Source: Candidatus Opitulatrix roisinitermitis (GTDB lineage Bacteria; Actinomycetota; Actinomycetes; Actinomycetales; Bifidobacteriaceae). Taken from it: a stretch of DNA of 46,957 nt. Numbering within the stretch: the stretch's first letter is position 1; every line of letters starts with the position of its first letter. A program made the translations under genes and the position numbers. The stretch spans positions 1-46,957 of the forward strand of contig JAITSB010000051.1 in NCBI GenBank assembly GCA_031288095.1, given 5' to 3'. Positions 45,094-46,957 of the stretch are shown in pieces. Below the pieces are notes generated by a model. That model did not search any database. It had not been told where the DNA came from and saw only the letters and a program-made list of their open reading frames with translations.

Positions 45094-45600
45094 ATGCCTA
45101 ATTCAGAAACCTTTTCCCAAACAAAAGACTGCCTATTCTGCAAAATAATTGCTGGTCAACTGCCCTTAGACGGCCTTTTTTGGCAGGACGATAAATTTTT
45201 AGCATGGTTAGCAATTGACCCTTCCACCGAAGGTTTCAGCCTGGTCGTTCCTCGTAAACATCACGCAAGCGATGTTTTAAAAATGCCTAATAAAGAATTA
45301 ACTGATTTTATTTTAGCGGCTAAAACGGTCAGTCAAATTTTAGAAAATTATTTTACTGATGTTGGACGAATAGGACTTATTATGGAAGGAACAGGAGTTG
45401 ATCATGCTCATATAAAGCTTTTTCCTTTTCATAAAACACCTTGGATGAAACAAGGCAAATGGCAGCCCATATTTTCTGACAAAGAAGAATGGTTTGAATC
45501 ATATCCTGGATATATATATTCAGGGGCTGGGCCAATAGCTAATCCAAAAGAATTGCAAAAATTAGCCCAAAATCTAAAAGATTCACAAAAAGCCCAATAA
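45094..45600 (+). CDS. HIT-family hydrolase
   Basis: 168 aa. CLFCKIIAGQLP and the histidine triad VDHAHIKLFP. Confidence 0.8.
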   Translation: MPNSETFSQTKDCLFCKIIAGQLPLDGLFWQDDKFLAWLAIDPSTEGFSLVVPRKHHASDVLKMPNKELTDFILAAKTVSQILENYFTDVGRIGLIMEGTGVDHAHIKLFPFHKTPWMKQGKWQPIFSDKEEWFESYPGYIYSGAGPIANPKELQKLAQNLKDSQKAQ

Positions 45601-45623
45601 TCAAAAACCTAAGTAATTATAAA

Positions 45624-45685
45624 AAATCCGAGAATTCTCAAAAATTAGGATTTTAAATCCGAGAATTGCCAAAAACTAAGATTTT
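45624..45685. repeat. 31-nt tandem direct repeat x2 (AAATCCGAGAATTSYCAAAAAYTARGATTTT) between HIT and sodA
   Basis: Units at 45624-45654 and 45655-45685, with 27/31 matches by my count. The second unit contains the last sodA codons and the stop. Unit 1 contains the palindrome GAGAATTCTC. Confidence 0.8.
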
Positions 45686-46278
45686 TTAGAAGCCACAGCT
45701 GCAAAACGTTGATTGGCGTCTTGCCAATTTATAACATTCCACCAAGCAGAAATATAATCTCCTCTAACATTTTTATAATCTAAATAATAAGCATGTTCCC
45801 AGACATCTAACAATAGAATAGGCGTTAAAGATAATGCTAAATTAGCTTGATGATCAAACAGTTGAACAATATTGAGTTTCTTAGCATAAGAATCCCAAAC
45901 TAACACTGCCCAGCCAGACCCCTGAACTCCAGCCGCCACAGCTGAAAATTGTTTTCTAAAAATTTCTATAGAACCAAATTGGTCTTTTATAGCCTCAGCT
46001 AATTCCCCCATAGGTTCTTGTCCTGTAGGCGCCATATTATCCCAGAAAACGCTGTGGTTAACATGTCCAGCAAAATTAAAAGCATAATTTTTAGATAATT
46101 GGTTTATTTTAGAAAAATCATCTTTTTGTCTGGCTTCAGATATTTGTTCTAGCGATTGGTTAGCACCGCTAACATATGCATTATGATGTTTGTCGTGATG
46201 TAGTTCCATAATAAGACCGCTTATATATGGTTCTAATGCAGAGTAGTCGTAAGGTAATTCGGGTAACTTGTATTCCAT
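45676..46278 (-). CDS. sodA: Fe/Mn superoxide dismutase
   Basis: 200 aa. LPELPYDYSALEPYIS, HHDKHH, and DVWEHAYYLDY. Confidence 0.95.
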   Translation of the reverse strand: MEYKLPELPYDYSALEPYISGLIMELHHDKHHNAYVSGANQSLEQISEARQKDDFSKINQLSKNYAFNFAGHVNHSVFWDNMAPTGQEPMGELAEAIKDQFGSIEIFRKQFSAVAAGVQGSGWAVLVWDSYAKKLNIVQLFDHQANLALSLTPILLLDVWEHAYYLDYKNVRGDYISAWWNVINWQDANQRFAAVASKKS

Positions 46279-46380
46279 AAAATAATGCTAACAATCTCTA
46301 AATAAATTTTGTATATAATTATGTGAATTTTTAGAAAATATTTTTTTTCAATTCAATTAGTAAAGCTTATTAAACAAAAA

Positions 46381-46511
46381 CAATTTAACCACTTTTTTCA
46401 GGAGCAAACTGTTCCCAAAAACTATTACCAACTAGTAAAACATAATTAGCAAAGATAATTTAACCACTTTTTACCCAAGCGAACTGTTCTAAAAAATTAT
46501 TACCAGAGAAA
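46381..46511 (+). repeat. two ~55-nt imperfect direct repeats (AATTTAACCACTTTTT-N8-9-AACTGTTCYMAAAAAMTATTACCA) spaced 75 nt apart
   Basis: A1 at 46381-46435 and A2 at 46456-46511. Each carries the 23-nt core that also occurs inverted in the paralogue promoter cassettes. Confidence 0.75.
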
Positions 46512-46540
46512 ACTAATATTTTCAAAAAGTGTCAATATGT

Positions 46541-46568
46541 TTTTCAAGAAATTATCTTGAAAATTTTT
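46541..46568 (+). terminator. AT-rich hairpin plus T5 (TTTTCAAGA-AATTA-TCTTGAAAA-TTTTT), terminator-like on the plus strand
   Basis: 9-bp perfect stem, 5-nt loop, T-run at 46564-46568. The stem is weak because it is AT-rich. Confidence 0.3.
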
Positions 46569-46628
46569 GCGGTAGTTATGCTTAAAGCAAGAAAAATTTC
46601 AAGAGTTGATATGTTTCCAGACTTTATA

Positions 46629-46649
46629 TTTGGGGCTTTAAGCCCCAAA
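46629..46649. other. hairpin TTTGGGGC-TTTAA-GCCCCAAA (the only GC-rich stem in the 505-bp gap)
   Basis: 8-bp perfect stem read directly. No T-run on either strand, so it is not a canonical terminator. Confidence 0.4.
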
Positions 46650-46693
46650 ATAAAGTCATTGGAGATTCAACTTTCCCCATCAAAAAAAATATA

Positions 46694-46783
46694 TTGGAAA
46701 ATACTAAAATTTTTAAATTTAACATTATGGTAATAATTTTTTGGAACAGTGAGCGTTTTTTTTTTTTTTGTAAAAATTTAACT
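46694..46783 (+). promoter_or_regulatory. conserved upstream cassette of the secreted-protein paralogue family (copy 2)
   Basis: GGTAATAATTTTTTGGAACAGTGAGCG-T14-GTAAAAATTTAACT-ATG. Weaker similarity to copy 1 extends about 35 nt further upstream. Confidence 0.5.
46756..46769 (+). repeat. homopolymeric T14 tract in the promoter cassette
   Basis: Counted directly. One T longer than the tract at 9859-9871. Confidence 0.9.
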
Positions 46784-46957
46784 ATGAGTGAATTGTTTAG
46801 TATAAAAAATGCAAATATTAAAAAAATACATATTAAAAAACTTGGTGTAAGAAAATTAGGCATCTGGGGAATAATATTTCTTTTTGGAATATGCGCCTTT
46901 ATAAGCGGATTTAATATAAATTCTTATGCTGCTTCATCATCAACTATTTTACCAATT
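46784..46957 (+). CDS. secreted/surface hypothetical protein, paralogue family member 2 (first 58 codons; continues beyond the window)
   Basis: My translation is MSELFSIKNANIKKIHIKKLGVRKLGIWGIIFLFGICAFISGFNINSYAASSSTILPI. It aligns with residues 5-62 of the 9886 ORF. Not in the ORF track because it is truncated by the window edge. Confidence 0.6.
   Translation, partial: MSELFSIKNANIKKIHIKKLGVRKLGIWGIIFLFGICAFISGFNINSYAASSSTILPI

Noticed and set aside
46381-46511. Possible CRISPR array or other repeat-spacer structure, here and at the 31-nt tandem repeat 45624-45685
   Set aside because: There are only two imperfect copies each, no regular repeat-spacer periodicity, and no cas genes in the window.
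1-46957. Alternative genetic code, prompted by the odd UAA-anticodon tRNA and the low GC
   Set aside because: All conserved genes are full length under the standard bacterial code. UUA falls at conserved Leu or hydrophobic positions (for example T-L-C-L-D-K-T-G-T in the ATPase). TGA, TAA and TAG all terminate ORFs at the expected lengths.

Overview
This is an AT-rich window (roughly one-third GC by eye), very gene-dense, with frequent 1-4 nt start/stop overlaps. It looks like the chromosome of a low-GC, genome-reduced member of the Actinomycetota. The assignment rests on three things: the signature division/cell-wall signalling cluster fhaB-pstP-rodA-pbpA-pknA-pknB, the garA + MerR(FtsR-like) + pgsA neighbourhood, and dut + DUF4193. 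Almost everything is housekeeping: pyk, glgA, rpe, dut, ligA, maf, argS, gmk, rpsA, miaA, gpmA, alr, tsaE/tsaB/rimI, glyA, folD, tdk, atpB, sodA. There are three tRNA genes. I saw no rRNA, CRISPR array, transposase, integrase or obvious prophage. Four things deserve a second look. (1) A 74-nt tRNA has a Leu (UAA) anticodon and a Leu-type D-arm but no long variable arm. (2) Two tRNA genes abut GTG start codons through an identical N73-C-GTG junction, which suggests tRNA-punctuated leaderless mRNAs. (3) A paralogous secreted-protein family has two members, 36.9 kb apart, that share an identical promoter/signal-peptide cassette. The cassette contains a T13 versus T14 tract, and the second copy has an inverton-like 23-bp inverted repeat pair and direct repeats in a 505-bp non-coding gap. 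(4) In-frame coding minisatellites are widespread in otherwise conserved genes, and there are several gene-order oddities: an orphan atpB, fhaA split from fhaB, a pilin-less tadZABC set, and an aquaporin with non-canonical NPA boxes and an acidic-then-lysine-rich tail. All calls come from reading the sequence and ORF track and from remembered family motifs. No database search was possible.
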